Source: an uncultured Eubacteriales bacterium (GTDB lineage: Bacteria > Bacillota > Clostridia > Oscillospirales > Acutalibacteraceae). From it: DNA of 64,000 bases. The notes under the pieces are model-generated. The model was not told the origin of the DNA and did no database searches. It worked only from the letters and a program-made list of their open reading frames with translations. Below are positions 9,897 through 19,690 of this stretch, one piece after another. The position numbers and the translations under genes were made by a program. How positions within the stretch are numbered: the stretch's first letter is position 1; every line of letters starts with the position of its first letter. Where the stretch lies: assembly GCA_900317815.1 (NCBI GenBank), contig ONIC01000096.1:6012-70011 (forward strand). Direction: 5' to 3'.

Positions 9897-11510
9897 ATGA
9901 AAGTATTTTGGAAATACGTTCTTTGCATTTATGCTCTTTTGATGATCGTATTATTTTCCGGCTGCGGAAAGACGGAGTACTCCGTTAAGGATTTCGCGGA
10001 TATTACTGTGGTAGGCTACACAGAGCACGGAAATCTCTCAATAAAAGTAAACGATGCTGCCGTAAACAGGATCTATGCAGACGGCAGAAAAGATAAAACA
10101 GCGGCACTGCGCTTTGCGGAGACGTTCCGCTTTTCTTACGAGGGTCAGAACGACGACGACTCGTTCTTTTCTAACGGAGATGTCGTGACGATCAATGTCA
10201 GCTACGATGAGACAATGGCGAAGGATCTCGGACTCACGTTCATAGATTCTTCCTTTGAATATACTATCGAAGGGCTTGAGGACAAGATACAGGTCAGCCC
10301 GTTCGAGGGACTCAGCGTCAAGTTCAGCGGAGTAGATCCCTACGGCACGGTCCAGCTCGATAAATCAAATTGTATTCAGTACGTTATCGACAACGTGACT
10401 TTCCGCTGTGACAACTACGATCTTTCAAACGGCGATAAGGTCGTTGTTAAGGCTGAGTTTAATCCCGAGATCGCAGAACGCAACGGTTACGTTTTCACAG
10501 AAGACGTCAAGAAATTTACGGTCGTCGGTCTTTCAAAGTATGTTACTACGATGATGGGTGTAAACTACACCGCCGTTACTGCGAGAATGCACTATATGGT
10601 CGAGCAGTATGTCGGCGGCTCTGACGCATCATACAAGTCTCTCAAATGGTACTTCGGAGATGAAGACTCCGATACAGACTCAGACGGTTATATTGACGAG
10701 GAAGAGACAGTTACCTCCGAATCCGAAGAAGACACCTTAGCTCCAGATGATGAGAACGGCGAGGATCAGGAAGACGACGCTTCGGCAGCAGAGAGCGGCG
10801 CTTCTTCTGCAAAGAAGAAAAAGACCAACATTCAGCGTATCAAGGACGATTTCGTTCTTTCAAACTTCAAGGCAAAGTTCGATTACAAGCCTGTAGAGTG
10901 CTACTATGCGCTCAATCCTTTGCAGTACAGCGACAACGTATTCTACGCTGTTTACAAGGTCAAGGGTACGTTTGTTTGCGAAGATACTTCCGGTTCCGGT
11001 TATATCAACGTGGGTGACACAGTTGTCGGTGAGATCTATGTTACAGCTTCTCTGACAGGCGGCAGCGTTGATATCAAGAACAATCTTTTCTATGAAAAAG
11101 AGGTACTCGAAAACGATCACGCATATTCGATCAGATCTTATCCGGAATATACCGATATGACGGGAGACGTGTTCAAGAGCACAACTTATGTTGTTGAGAA
11201 GGTCGATTACGTCGAGGATAACGATGAGTACGACAAGTTCTCGCGCGATCAGGCAGAGTGGGGCAACCATTCCAGGGCTGAAGTATCGCATATCAATATC
11301 GAATCCGACAGCGATTCCGACAAAAAGAAGAAGCGTAATTCGTCGAACGAAAGCAGCACATCTTCGGAGCTTGAGACCGATACGGACACGGACGGCTATT
11401 TCGAGGAAGAAGAAAGCGCTGTATATTACGATCCCGATTATGAAGAGGAAGACTACGGCGACGGATATGATTACGATGATTATAACTATGGCTACGACGA
11501 GGAATACTGA
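9897..11510 (+). CDS. Lipoprotein of unknown function with internal and C-terminal Asp/Glu/Tyr-rich low-complexity regions
   Basis: ATG at 9897 lies 6 nt after GGAGGA. Signal peptide with lipobox LFSGC. Acidic linker (DEDSDTDSDGYIDEEE...) and tail (YYDPDYEEEDYGDGYDYDDYNYGYDEEY). Confidence 0.8.
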   Translation: MKVFWKYVLCIYALLMIVLFSGCGKTEYSVKDFADITVVGYTEHGNLSIKVNDAAVNRIYADGRKDKTAALRFAETFRFSYEGQNDDDSFFSNGDVVTINVSYDETMAKDLGLTFIDSSFEYTIEGLEDKIQVSPFEGLSVKFSGVDPYGTVQLDKSNCIQYVIDNVTFRCDNYDLSNGDKVVVKAEFNPEIAERNGYVFTEDVKKFTVVGLSKYVTTMMGVNYTAVTARMHYMVEQYVGGSDASYKSLKWYFGDEDSDTDSDGYIDEEETVTSESEEDTLAPDDENGEDQEDDASAAESGASSAKKKKTNIQRIKDDFVLSNFKAKFDYKPVECYYALNPLQYSDNVFYAVYKVKGTFVCEDTSGSGYINVGDTVVGEIYVTASLTGGSVDIKNNLFYEKEVLENDHAYSIRSYPEYTDMTGDVFKSTTYVVEKVDYVEDNDEYDKFSRDQAEWGNHSRAEVSHINIESDSDSDKKKKRNSSNESSTSSELETDTDTDGYFEEEESAVYYDPDYEEEDYGDGYDYDDYNYGYDEEY

Positions 11511-11562
11511 TCTTCATATTTGTTAGAAATTTATAAATTTTTTAAAAATTTTGAGGATTTAT

Positions 11563-11591
11563 TTGAATTTGATAGATTAGTGTGGTATAAT
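11563..11591 (+). promoter_or_regulatory. Sigma-A-type promoter for yloV-recG
   Basis: TTGAAT, 17-nt spacer ending in TGG, TATAAT. Confidence 0.5.
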
Positions 11592-11650
11592 CAAAAGTGG
11601 ATGTTATGTAAAAACTATACATTATATATTTGATAGGATGTGTATTAATA

Positions 11651-13336
11651 ATGATAAACGGTACTTGTCTAAAGAACGCGATCATTTCAGGAGCTAACAA
11701 CATCAGCAAGAACAGATTTGCGATCGATGACCTCAATATTTTCCCTGTACCGGACGGTGATACGGGTACGAATATGTCTATGACGATCAACTCCGCTGCT
11801 GCTCTTCTCAAAGAGATGGACGATGCTTCGGATGTTTCGATCGTAGCCTCCAAGGCAGCTTCCGCAATGCTCAGAGGTGCGCGCGGAAATTCGGGCGTTA
11901 TTCTCTCTCTTATTTTCAGAGGCTTTGCACAGGGCCTCAAGGAGAAGGAAGAAGCAGACGGCGCAGATCTTACCGAGGCTCTCGGAAAGGGCGTTGAGGC
12001 TGCGTATAAGGCTGTAATGAAGCCGACAGAAGGAACTATCCTTACTGTTGCGCGTATGGCTTACGAGGCAGGCTCGGAGCTTTCCGCTACCAATACAGAT
12101 CCCGTAGCAGTATGGGGCGCAGTAGTGACCGCAGCGGAGCAGGCTCTCGAGCTTACTCCCGAACTTCTCCCCGTGCTTAAAAAGGCAAATGTCGTTGACG
12201 CAGGCGGTAAGGGTCTGCTTACTATCTTCGAGGGTATGCTTTCCGTTATCAGAGATGGTACAATGGTAGAATATGACGAGGCAAACGATTCTCCCAAGGC
12301 AGAGGAAGAGGATTACTTCCGCAGTGCTGCCGCTCAGTTTGACTCCGATATCACATATACTTACTGCACAGAGTTCATTGTCGGCAAGGATCCCGACATT
12401 CACACAGATACACAGGAACTCAGAGATTTTCTCAGAACGATCGGCGACTGCGTAGTTGTGGTTGACGATGAAGAGATCATCAAGGTTCATGTTCATACAG
12501 AAAACCCGGGCAACGCTCTCCAGTCCGGTCTCGAGTTTGGCCAGCTTCTGAAGGTCAAGGTCGAGAATATGAAGGAGCAGCACAGAAAGGCTGCCGAGGC
12601 AGAGGAGAGAGCAAAAGCAAGACTCGCAGAGCGTCTTGAAAAGGAGCAGGAGCTTGCTGTTAAGGAGCCTGTTGAGGAGATCGGCTTTATTGCAGTTGCA
12701 GCAGGCGAGGGACTTGTTCAGCTCTTCAAGGACTGCGGATGCGCTCACGTTGTAAGCGGCGGTCAGTCTATGAACCCGAGCACACAGGATATCCTTTCCG
12801 CTATCCTCGCTACTCCTGCCAAGAAGGTTGTAGTTCTTCCGAACAACAAGAATATCATCATGGCTGCCGAGCAGGCTGTTCCGATGGTAGACGACAGAGA
12901 AGTTATCGTACTTCCCACAAGAACAATCCCGCAGGGCATCTCCGCGCTGCTGTCCTTTGATGCTGATCTTGCTGCCGATGAAGCTATTGAAGTTATGAAG
13001 TCTTCCTTCGCAGATGTTCAGACAGGTCTTGTAACATTTGCCGCAAGAAATTCCGAGTTCGGTTCTCACAAGATCAAGGAGAACGATATTATCGGTCTTG
13101 AAAACGGCAAGCTCACCGTAAATGAGAAGGACGTTGTAAAGGCTGCCGTAAAGGTAACAAAGCAGCTCGTTTCGAGAGATTCCTCGTTCATCACTGTTAT
13201 CAGCGGCGAGGGTGTAACTTCGGAGCAGGCAGACAAGGTTGTCGATACTCTCACATCGAAGTATGGCAAGGACATGGAGATAACATACGTAAACGGCGGT
13301 CAGCCTGTTTATTACTTTATAATTTCCGTTGAATAA
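11651..13336 (+). CDS. yloV: DAK2-domain fusion protein YloV
   Basis: ATG at 11651. N-terminal DhaL/DAK2 motif (FPVPDGDTGTNM) and a long C-terminal YloV-type domain. Shows the conserved yloV-recG synteny. Confidence 0.85.
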   Translation: MINGTCLKNAIISGANNISKNRFAIDDLNIFPVPDGDTGTNMSMTINSAAALLKEMDDASDVSIVASKAASAMLRGARGNSGVILSLIFRGFAQGLKEKEEADGADLTEALGKGVEAAYKAVMKPTEGTILTVARMAYEAGSELSATNTDPVAVWGAVVTAAEQALELTPELLPVLKKANVVDAGGKGLLTIFEGMLSVIRDGTMVEYDEANDSPKAEEEDYFRSAAAQFDSDITYTYCTEFIVGKDPDIHTDTQELRDFLRTIGDCVVVVDDEEIIKVHVHTENPGNALQSGLEFGQLLKVKVENMKEQHRKAAEAEERAKARLAERLEKEQELAVKEPVEEIGFIAVAAGEGLVQLFKDCGCAHVVSGGQSMNPSTQDILSAILATPAKKVVVLPNNKNIIMAAEQAVPMVDDREVIVLPTRTIPQGISALLSFDADLAADEAIEVMKSSFADVQTGLVTFAARNSEFGSHKIKENDIIGLENGKLTVNEKDVVKAAVKVTKQLVSRDSSFITVISGEGVTSEQADKVVDTLTSKYGKDMEITYVNGGQPVYYFIISVE

Positions 13337-13339
13337 AGG

Positions 13340-15391
13340 TTGATTCAATTGGCTTCACTTTATGAGATTCCAATAGAAAAAATTAACGGCATAGGCGAAA
13401 AACGTGCCCGGCTTTATAATAAGCTGGGCATTGTTTCTGTTGGTGACCTTATACGCTTTTATCCGCGTACTTATGAGGACTGGAGCAAGATCACCGGCAT
13501 TTTTTCTGCCGTTCCCGGCGAAGTGTGCTGTATCAGGGCAACAGTCGAAATCGCGCCTGCTTCGAGAGTTATCTCAACAGGCAGGATCATGGCGACCTCA
13601 AGCGTTTACGATGATACTGGCTATGTGAAGCTTGTCTTTTTCAACAATAAATATATCCACACGATGATTAAGCAGGGCGCTGAGTACCTTTTCTACGGCA
13701 AGCTGACTGTCAGCGGAGGAATTCGCGAGATGGTAAACCCTGCTTTTCAGAACGCAGGCGCTGCAGTGCCGATCCATCCTATCTACAGTCAGGTGGCGGG
13801 TCTTACAAGCAAACAGATCGAAGCTGCTGCAAAACGCGCTCTTGATATGCTCCCCGAAACAGTAAAGGATACTATCCCCGAGGACATCAGAGCGGAATAC
13901 GACCTTATCGGTCTTAAAGACGCGCTTTTGAAGATACATTTTCCAAAATCAAAGGACGATATCGACAAAGCTCGCCGCCGATTGATATTTGAAGAACTGC
14001 TTGTGCTGCTTGTGGGGCTGAGATCGATCAAAGACCTGCCTGAAAAGAAGTCCTCGTTCAGACTCGAACGTGATTATACGAATGAGTTTCTGAATCTGAT
14101 CCCCTTTAAACTGACAAACGCTCAGCTCAAGGCAATAAAGGATTGTGTTTCCGATATGTCGGACGGCGGCTCAGCTATGAACAGGCTCGTTCAGGGAGAT
14201 GTCGGCTCGGGAAAAACAATGGTGGCGGCTGCCGCTGCGTATAACTGCATAAAAAACGGATGTCAGGCTGCTATGATGGCTCCGACCGAGATACTCGCGC
14301 GCCAGCATTTCGAAAATCTCGACTCGCTGCTGACTCCCGCAGGTATCAAGGTCAGACTTCTGACAGGTTCTATGACGGCAAAGCAGAAGAGGATCGTCCT
14401 CGAAGAACTTGCATCGGGTGAGACGGATTTCCTTGTCGGCACACACTCGCTGATATCAGACAATGTTGTGTTCAATGATCTCGGGATCGTAATAACCGAT
14501 GAGCAGCATCGCTTCGGCGTTCGTCAGCGCTCTACTCTGCTTGCAAAGGGCAGAGATCCTCATCTGCTTGTAATGTCGGCAACGCCTATCCCTCGTACAC
14601 TTGCGCTGATGATCTACGGAGACCTCGATATATCGATTATCGACGAGCTTCCGCCGGGGCGGCAAAAAGTCGATACATTCCTGATAGATGATTCGGTCAG
14701 GATCAGAGCATATAATTTTCTTATCAAGAATATCAACGAGGGCAGGCAGTGCTATATCGTTTGTCCCGCTGTTGACAATACTGAGACGGGTCTCAAGGGC
14801 GTAGAAGAGTATGCTGCCGAGATAGCAGAGACTGTCTTCAAGGATCATAGGGTCGGTGTCCTTCACGGAAAAATGAAGGCTGCCGAAAAGGAAAGCGTTA
14901 TGTCCGAGTTTATAGAGGGCAGGATAGATGTACTCGTATCGACAACCGTTATCGAAGTCGGCGTTGATGTGCCGAATTCAACGATAATGATGATCGAGAA
15001 TGCAGAACGCTTCGGTCTGTCTCAGCTCCATCAGCTCAGAGGGCGTGTCGGCAGAGGAAAGTTCAAATCATACTGTATTCTCGTGTCGAACGCAAGGGGA
15101 GAGGACGCAAAACGCAGACTCAACGCCTTATGCGAAACAAATGACGGCTTTAAGATCGCAGACGAAGATCTGAAACTTCGCGGTCCCGGAGATTTCTTCG
15201 GATCACGTCAGCACGGTCTTCCCGAACTCAAGATCGCTGATATTGCAGAAGATATCGACATACTCAGGGAAGCCCAGACGGCAGCTCAGGATATTATGAA
15301 GGATTATTCCGATCCGAAAAATGATGATTACAGAGGTCTGCGCGCCGAGGTCAGAATGCTTTTTAACAGCGTCGGCGCCCAGCTTAACTGA
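13340..15391 (+). CDS. recG: ATP-dependent DNA helicase RecG
   Basis: 683 aa. Wedge domain plus SF2 helicase motifs GDVGSGKT, DEQHRFG and QLRGRVGRG. The start is TTG at 13340 or TTG at 13349. Confidence 0.95.
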   Translation: MIQLASLYEIPIEKINGIGEKRARLYNKLGIVSVGDLIRFYPRTYEDWSKITGIFSAVPGEVCCIRATVEIAPASRVISTGRIMATSSVYDDTGYVKLVFFNNKYIHTMIKQGAEYLFYGKLTVSGGIREMVNPAFQNAGAAVPIHPIYSQVAGLTSKQIEAAAKRALDMLPETVKDTIPEDIRAEYDLIGLKDALLKIHFPKSKDDIDKARRRLIFEELLVLLVGLRSIKDLPEKKSSFRLERDYTNEFLNLIPFKLTNAQLKAIKDCVSDMSDGGSAMNRLVQGDVGSGKTMVAAAAAYNCIKNGCQAAMMAPTEILARQHFENLDSLLTPAGIKVRLLTGSMTAKQKRIVLEELASGETDFLVGTHSLISDNVVFNDLGIVITDEQHRFGVRQRSTLLAKGRDPHLLVMSATPIPRTLALMIYGDLDISIIDELPPGRQKVDTFLIDDSVRIRAYNFLIKNINEGRQCYIVCPAVDNTETGLKGVEEYAAEIAETVFKDHRVGVLHGKMKAAEKESVMSEFIEGRIDVLVSTTVIEVGVDVPNSTIMMIENAERFGLSQLHQLRGRVGRGKFKSYCILVSNARGEDAKRRLNALCETNDGFKIADEDLKLRGPGDFFGSRQHGLPELKIADIAEDIDILREAQTAAQDIMKDYSDPKNDDYRGLRAEVRMLFNSVGAQLN

Positions 15392-15442
15392 TATCATTTA
15401 TAATATAAAGAAATGTGAAAAGAAAAGAAAGAGGAGATTTAA

Positions 15443-16810
15443 ATGAGGATCAGAAGATTTGCGGCGGCTCTTGTCGCTGTAATGATGATCGTGTCCTGCT
15501 TTGCGCTCACTGTGTCCGCTGCAACATTCAATGCCAATGTTGACACATCATGCAAGGCTGTTTACATGATCAATCTTGACACAGGTATCACTGTCTTTGA
15601 GAAGAATTCTACAGAGAAAGTCTATCCCGCCTCCACTACGAAGATTATGACGTATATCGTTGCGGTCGAGAATGTCAGTGATGTAAAGAATACGAAGGTT
15701 GTTGTCGAGCAGGAGGTGCTTGACGAGCTTCTCGGAACAGGCAGCTCACTTTCGGGTCTGAATTTCTTTGTAGGACAGGCAGTGACTGTATACGATCTCC
15801 TCAATTGCCTGATGATAAAATCAGGTAATGATGCAGCTGTAGTTCTTGCCGATTATATAGGAAACGGATCTCAGCAGAAGTTCATTGATATGATGAACGC
15901 TAAGGCAGAGGAGCTTGGCTGTAAGAATACGCACTTTATGAATCCCCACGGACTTCACGATCCCGACCATTATACTACAGCGCAGGATCTTGCGACTATC
16001 ATGCAGTACGCACAGACTCTTCCCGATTTTAACGAGATCTGCGGAACGGTCAGCACATATCTTTCCGTTGACAGCGATAAGGAATATCCCCTCGTTACGA
16101 CGAATTACCTTATAGACCAGGTGAACGGCGGCGACTACTACTATGAGTTCTGTAAGGGCGGCAAGACAGGAACGACCGATGAGGCAGGCTATTGCCTCTG
16201 CTCGACGGCTTCCAACGGCGGTTATACATATATGTGTATAGCGCTCGGCGCGCCATCGGTCAATTCAGAAGGTACAGAGGTAGAGACCAACGGCGCAATG
16301 GTTGACAGCAAGGCGCTTTATCAGTGGGCGTTCAACAACCTCGAACTCAAGACAGTCATTGACGAGAAGAAACCGATCTGTGAAGTTCCGATCTCGCTTG
16401 CATGGGACCGCGATACCGTTCAGCTTGTGCCCCAGGGCAGCTTTTCAACGATACTTCCCTCTGATATCGAAAGCTCAAGCATCGACATCAAGACAGATAT
16501 TCCCGCATCTCTTACGGCTCCCGTTCTTGAGGGCAATGTCATAGGAACGGCAACTGTCAGCTATGCAGGTCAAGAGCTTTGCAGCGTAAACCTTATCGCC
16601 GCTGAGACGGTTGAACGCAGCAAGATGCTCTACTTCCTCGAATCGGCAAAGAAGATCCTGCGCTCTCGCTGGATGATACTTGCGATCAGCATAGTAGTGA
16701 TCCTCTTTATAATTTATATTATTATCACACAGGTCTACAACAGCAAGAAAAAGAAAAACCGTGAAATGAAAAACAGGAAGAAGCGCAGATCGTCTTCAAA
16801 ACGTGACTGA
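15443..16810 (+). CDS. D-alanyl-D-alanine carboxypeptidase (PBP5/DacB-like, serine type) with a C-terminal membrane anchor
   Basis: Signal peptide. Motifs SxxK (ASTTK), SxN (SGND) and KTG (GGKTGTT). C-terminal TM segment and a Lys/Arg-rich tail. Confidence 0.9.
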   Translation: MRIRRFAAALVAVMMIVSCFALTVSAATFNANVDTSCKAVYMINLDTGITVFEKNSTEKVYPASTTKIMTYIVAVENVSDVKNTKVVVEQEVLDELLGTGSSLSGLNFFVGQAVTVYDLLNCLMIKSGNDAAVVLADYIGNGSQQKFIDMMNAKAEELGCKNTHFMNPHGLHDPDHYTTAQDLATIMQYAQTLPDFNEICGTVSTYLSVDSDKEYPLVTTNYLIDQVNGGDYYYEFCKGGKTGTTDEAGYCLCSTASNGGYTYMCIALGAPSVNSEGTEVETNGAMVDSKALYQWAFNNLELKTVIDEKKPICEVPISLAWDRDTVQLVPQGSFSTILPSDIESSSIDIKTDIPASLTAPVLEGNVIGTATVSYAGQELCSVNLIAAETVERSKMLYFLESAKKILRSRWMILAISIVVILFIIYIIITQVYNSKKKKNREMKNRKKRRSSSKRD

Positions 16811-16817
16811 TAAATTT

Positions 16818-16849
16818 ACGCACATCTGAAAAAGGTGTGCGTATTTTTT
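16818..16849 (+). terminator. Terminator after the carboxypeptidase gene
   Basis: ACGCACA / TGTGCGT stem followed by ATTTTTT. Confidence 0.7.
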
Positions 16850-16892
16850 ATAAATAATATCGTAAAATATACAAAAATCTCCAAATTTCCCC

Positions 16893-16921
16893 TTGATTTT
16901 TATATTACATTGTGGTATTAT
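16893..16921 (+). promoter_or_regulatory. Promoter for hpf
   Basis: TTGATT, 17-nt spacer ending in TGG, TATTAT. Confidence 0.5.
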
Positions 16922-16987
16922 ATATACATAGAGAATGCACCCGTGCATCTCTGTATCATTATTCTTTCAAAGGAAAGGGTGGATAGT

Positions 16988-17527
16988 ATGAAAATTACCT
17001 ACACAGCAAGAAAAGTCACACTGAAGGATAACTTTAAGGAGCGTGTTGAGAAAAAGCTCAAGAAATATGACCGCATTTTCTCCGAGAACGCGGAGGCAAA
17101 TGTAAAGGTAACGGTTTATACGAACCGTCAGACCGTTGAGATAACGATCAATGATAACGGTATGATCTACCGTGTTGAAGATACAAAGGCTGAGATGAAT
17201 GAAGCGCTTGACGTCAATATGGACAAGCTCGCTCGTCAGATCAGAAAGAACAAGACGCGTCTTGCAAAGAGACTGCGTGAGACCGCCTTTGACGAGCCGA
17301 TCGTCGATGAAGATACCGATGAGGAAGAGGCAGAGGTCACTTACGAACTGTTCCGCACGAAGAAGGTTTCGCTGAAGCCGATGTCGCCTGATGAAGCGAT
17401 CCTTCGTATGAACATGGTAGACCACAAGTTCTTTATGTTCCTTAATTCCGACACAGACAAGGTCTCCGTTGTTTACATCAGAGATAACGGTGATTACGGT
17501 ATGCTCGAGTCGGAACTTGACGATTGA
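16988..17527 (+). CDS. hpf: Ribosome hibernation-promoting factor, long form
   Basis: ATG at 16988; the track ORF from 16835 is an extension. N-terminal S30AE/RaiA domain (MKITYTARKVTLKDNFKERVEKKL), an acidic linker and a C-terminal dimerisation domain. Confidence 0.9.
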   Translation: MKITYTARKVTLKDNFKERVEKKLKKYDRIFSENAEANVKVTVYTNRQTVEITINDNGMIYRVEDTKAEMNEALDVNMDKLARQIRKNKTRLAKRLRETAFDEPIVDEDTDEEEAEVTYELFRTKKVSLKPMSPDEAILRMNMVDHKFFMFLNSDTDKVSVVYIRDNGDYGMLESELDD

Positions 17528-17575
17528 CAACTTAGAGTATAACGGAACCATCTCCTTAACACTGTTTTAGCAGGG

Positions 17576-17611
17576 GGGGCACAGGCTTGGAGTCTGTGCT
17601 CCTTCCTTTTT
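17576..17611 (+). terminator. Terminator after hpf
   Basis: GGGGCACAG / CTGTGCTCC stem followed by TTCCTTTTT. Confidence 0.55.
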
Positions 17612-17635
17612 ATATAACGAAGCGAAAAGAAAAAA

Positions 17636-17672
17636 CCGCCTGTCACTTTTCAACAGGCGGTAATATTTTTTT
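17636..17672. terminator. Bidirectional terminator between hpf (+) and pyrI (-)
   Basis: CCGCCTGT / ACAGGCGG stem flanked by an A-run upstream and a T-run downstream. Confidence 0.75.
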
Positions 17673-17673
17673 A

Positions 17674-18108
17674 TCATCTGTGATGTCTGTCCGAGGTGGC
17701 CTTGCTTTCGCAGTAAATGCAGCGGTAGACCCTGTTTTCACGGTCTGTCAGCTTGAATATATGAACAAGCTCCTGCTCCGTTTGTGAGATGCAGCGGGGA
17801 TTTTTGCATTTTATTACATCAACGAGTTTTTCGGGAAGATCGGGGTGGAATTTCTTGACGATCTCGCCGTTTTTGATAACGTTGACCGAAACGCCGGGAT
17901 CGAGATAACCGAGAACGTCAACGTCGATGTCGATCGGTCGGTCGATCTTTATGATATCCTTCTTGCCGTTTTTGGACGAGGGAGCGTTCTTGATGATAGC
18001 GACCGAGCAGGTCAGTCTGTCAAGATTGAGGTATTTGTAAAGAACCATACTCATCCCCGAGGTGATGTGGTCAATTACGATACCGTCTGTTATGGAATCT
18101 ATTATCAT
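17674..18108 (-). CDS. pyrI: Aspartate carbamoyltransferase regulatory subunit
   Basis: 144 aa. C-terminal zinc domain with CKNPRC...CIYC. Confidence 0.9.
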   Translation of the reverse strand: MIIDSITDGIVIDHITSGMSMVLYKYLNLDRLTCSVAIIKNAPSSKNGKKDIIKIDRPIDIDVDVLGYLDPGVSVNVIKNGEIVKKFHPDLPEKLVDVIKCKNPRCISQTEQELVHIFKLTDRENRVYRCIYCESKATSDRHHR

Positions 18109-19023
18109 TTACTCCACCTCCAGCAGCTTGAGAATGAGCGCCATTCTCATATATTTTCCGTTGAGTACCTGCTTGAAGTAGCAGGCTCTCGGGTCGTTGT
18201 CAACAGCAACCGATATTTCATTTACTCTCGGCAGCGGGTGCATTATGCACAGGTCTTCCTTTGCGTCTGTCAGCTTATCGGGGGTGAGTATGTAGCTGTC
18301 CTTAAGCCTGATATAATCCTGTTCGTTGAAGAAGCGTTCTTTCTGAACTCTCGTCATATAGAGAATATCGAGCTTTGGCATAGCGGCAAGCAGATCGGTA
18401 GTTTCCTCATACGGAATATTATTCTTGATGAGAACATTATTCGTAACATAGTCGGGAAGTTTCAGCTCGTCGGGGGAGATGAGAACAAATTTAATGCCCG
18501 TGTATCTCGACAGTGCATTTATCAGCGAATGGACAGTCCTTCCGAATTTCAGATCGCCGCAGAGACCGACCGTCAGATCATTGAATCTTCCCTTTTCACG
18601 GTAGATCGTGAGAAGATCTGCGAGTGTCTGAGTCGGGTGATTGTGACCGCCGTCACCTGCGTTGATGATCGGAACTCCGCTTACCATTGAAGCGACCATC
18701 GGCGCGCCCTCCTTTGGGTGACGCATAGCGATGATATCGGCATAACAGGAAACAACCTTGATAGTATCGGAGACCGACTCTCCCTTAGCTGTAGACGAAC
18801 TGCTGCTCTCGGAAAAACCGAGCACACTTCCTCCAAGCTCGTACATTGCCGCCTCAAAGCTGAGACGAGTTCTGGTAGACGGCTCGAAGAAGAGCGTTGC
18901 AAGCTTCTTCCTGCGGCACTTTTCGGAGTATTTGTCGGGATCATTTATGATGTCGCAGGCAATATTGATAAGTTCGCCGATCTCTTCTGTTGAAAGATCG
19001 AGAATGTCAAGCAGATGTCTCAT
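18109..19023 (-). CDS. pyrB: Aspartate carbamoyltransferase catalytic subunit
   Basis: 304 aa. Motifs [13 protein letters not shown] and HPLPRV. Confidence 0.95.
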   Translation of the reverse strand: MRHLLDILDLSTEEIGELINIACDIINDPDKYSEKCRRKKLATLFFEPSTRTRLSFEAAMYELGGSVLGFSESSSSSTAKGESVSDTIKVVSCYADIIAMRHPKEGAPMVASMVSGVPIINAGDGGHNHPTQTLADLLTIYREKGRFNDLTVGLCGDLKFGRTVHSLINALSRYTGIKFVLISPDELKLPDYVTNNVLIKNNIPYEETTDLLAAMPKLDILYMTRVQKERFFNEQDYIRLKDSYILTPDKLTDAKEDLCIMHPLPRVNEISVAVDNDPRACYFKQVLNGKYMRMALILKLLEVE

Positions 19024-19658
19024 GCGTTTGCTCCTATCCAGCTTTCATCGGAAGGATTGTTTCTGAACTTGATGAGCTTTTCCTTGTCCTCAGGCTTGAT
19101 GTAACCTTGCTCGGCTGCGACCTCTGCGACCTCATCGAGGTTTGTCAGGCTGACGTTCTTGACGTTGGCTGCAGCGAGGCGGTCGATGCCCTTCTGCATA
19201 CCGTATGTGAAGATGCTCGCAATGCCGAGTACCTCTGCGCCTGCGTCACGAAGTGCGTTGACTACCTCGATAACGCTGCCGCCCGTAGAGATAAGATCCT
19301 CGATAACAACGACCTTCTGACCCTTCTCAAGCTTGCCTTCTATCTGATTTCCTCTGCCGTGATCCTTTGCTCCCGAGCGGACGTAGCCCATAGGCATATC
19401 AAGGATAGTAGCGGTGATAGCGGCATGAGCGATGCCTGCCGTGCTTGTTCCCATGAGTACCTCTGCGTCGGGGTATTCCTTGCGGACTACCTCAGCGAGC
19501 GCGTTTTCAACATCATTTCTGACCTTCGGAGCTGTGAGAGTAAGTCTGTTGTCGCAGTAGATGGGGCTCTTGATGCCGCTTGCCCATGTAAACGGCTCCT
19601 GCGGTCTTAAAAAAACTGCGTTTATTGATAAAAGATCCTCTGCTATAAGTCTGTTCAT
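19020..19658 (-). CDS. pyrE: Orotate phosphoribosyltransferase
   Basis: 212 aa. PRPP-binding loop [13 protein letters not shown]. Its stop overlaps the pyrB start by 4 nt. Confidence 0.95.
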   Translation of the reverse strand: MNRLIAEDLLSINAVFLRPQEPFTWASGIKSPIYCDNRLTLTAPKVRNDVENALAEVVRKEYPDAEVLMGTSTAGIAHAAITATILDMPMGYVRSGAKDHGRGNQIEGKLEKGQKVVVIEDLISTGGSVIEVVNALRDAGAEVLGIASIFTYGMQKGIDRLAAANVKNVSLTNLDEVAEVAAEQGYIKPEDKEKLIKFRNNPSDESWIGANA

Positions 19659-19690
19659 ATTGATTATCTCCTTTGCTCTTCTCTTTTCGG

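Noticed and set aside
11687-13348. 553-aa ORF on the minus strand spanning the whole of yloV
   Set aside because: It is exactly antisense to a gene with clear DAK2/YloV motifs. Its translation is low-complexity and Cys/Leu/Ser/Arg-rich, with no RBS or recognisable family. This is the typical stop-poor antisense frame of a codon-biased gene.
17845-18690. 281-aa plus-strand ORF. Similar long antisense ORFs occur at 20135-20821, 25203-26075, 26626-27408, 38049-38849, 46067-46744, 48753-49433 and 62819-63451.
   Set aside because: All lie antisense within confidently assigned genes (pyrB, pyrF, carB, carA, hydG, the adhesin, the pilin and the LRR protein). None has a family resemblance or translation signals.
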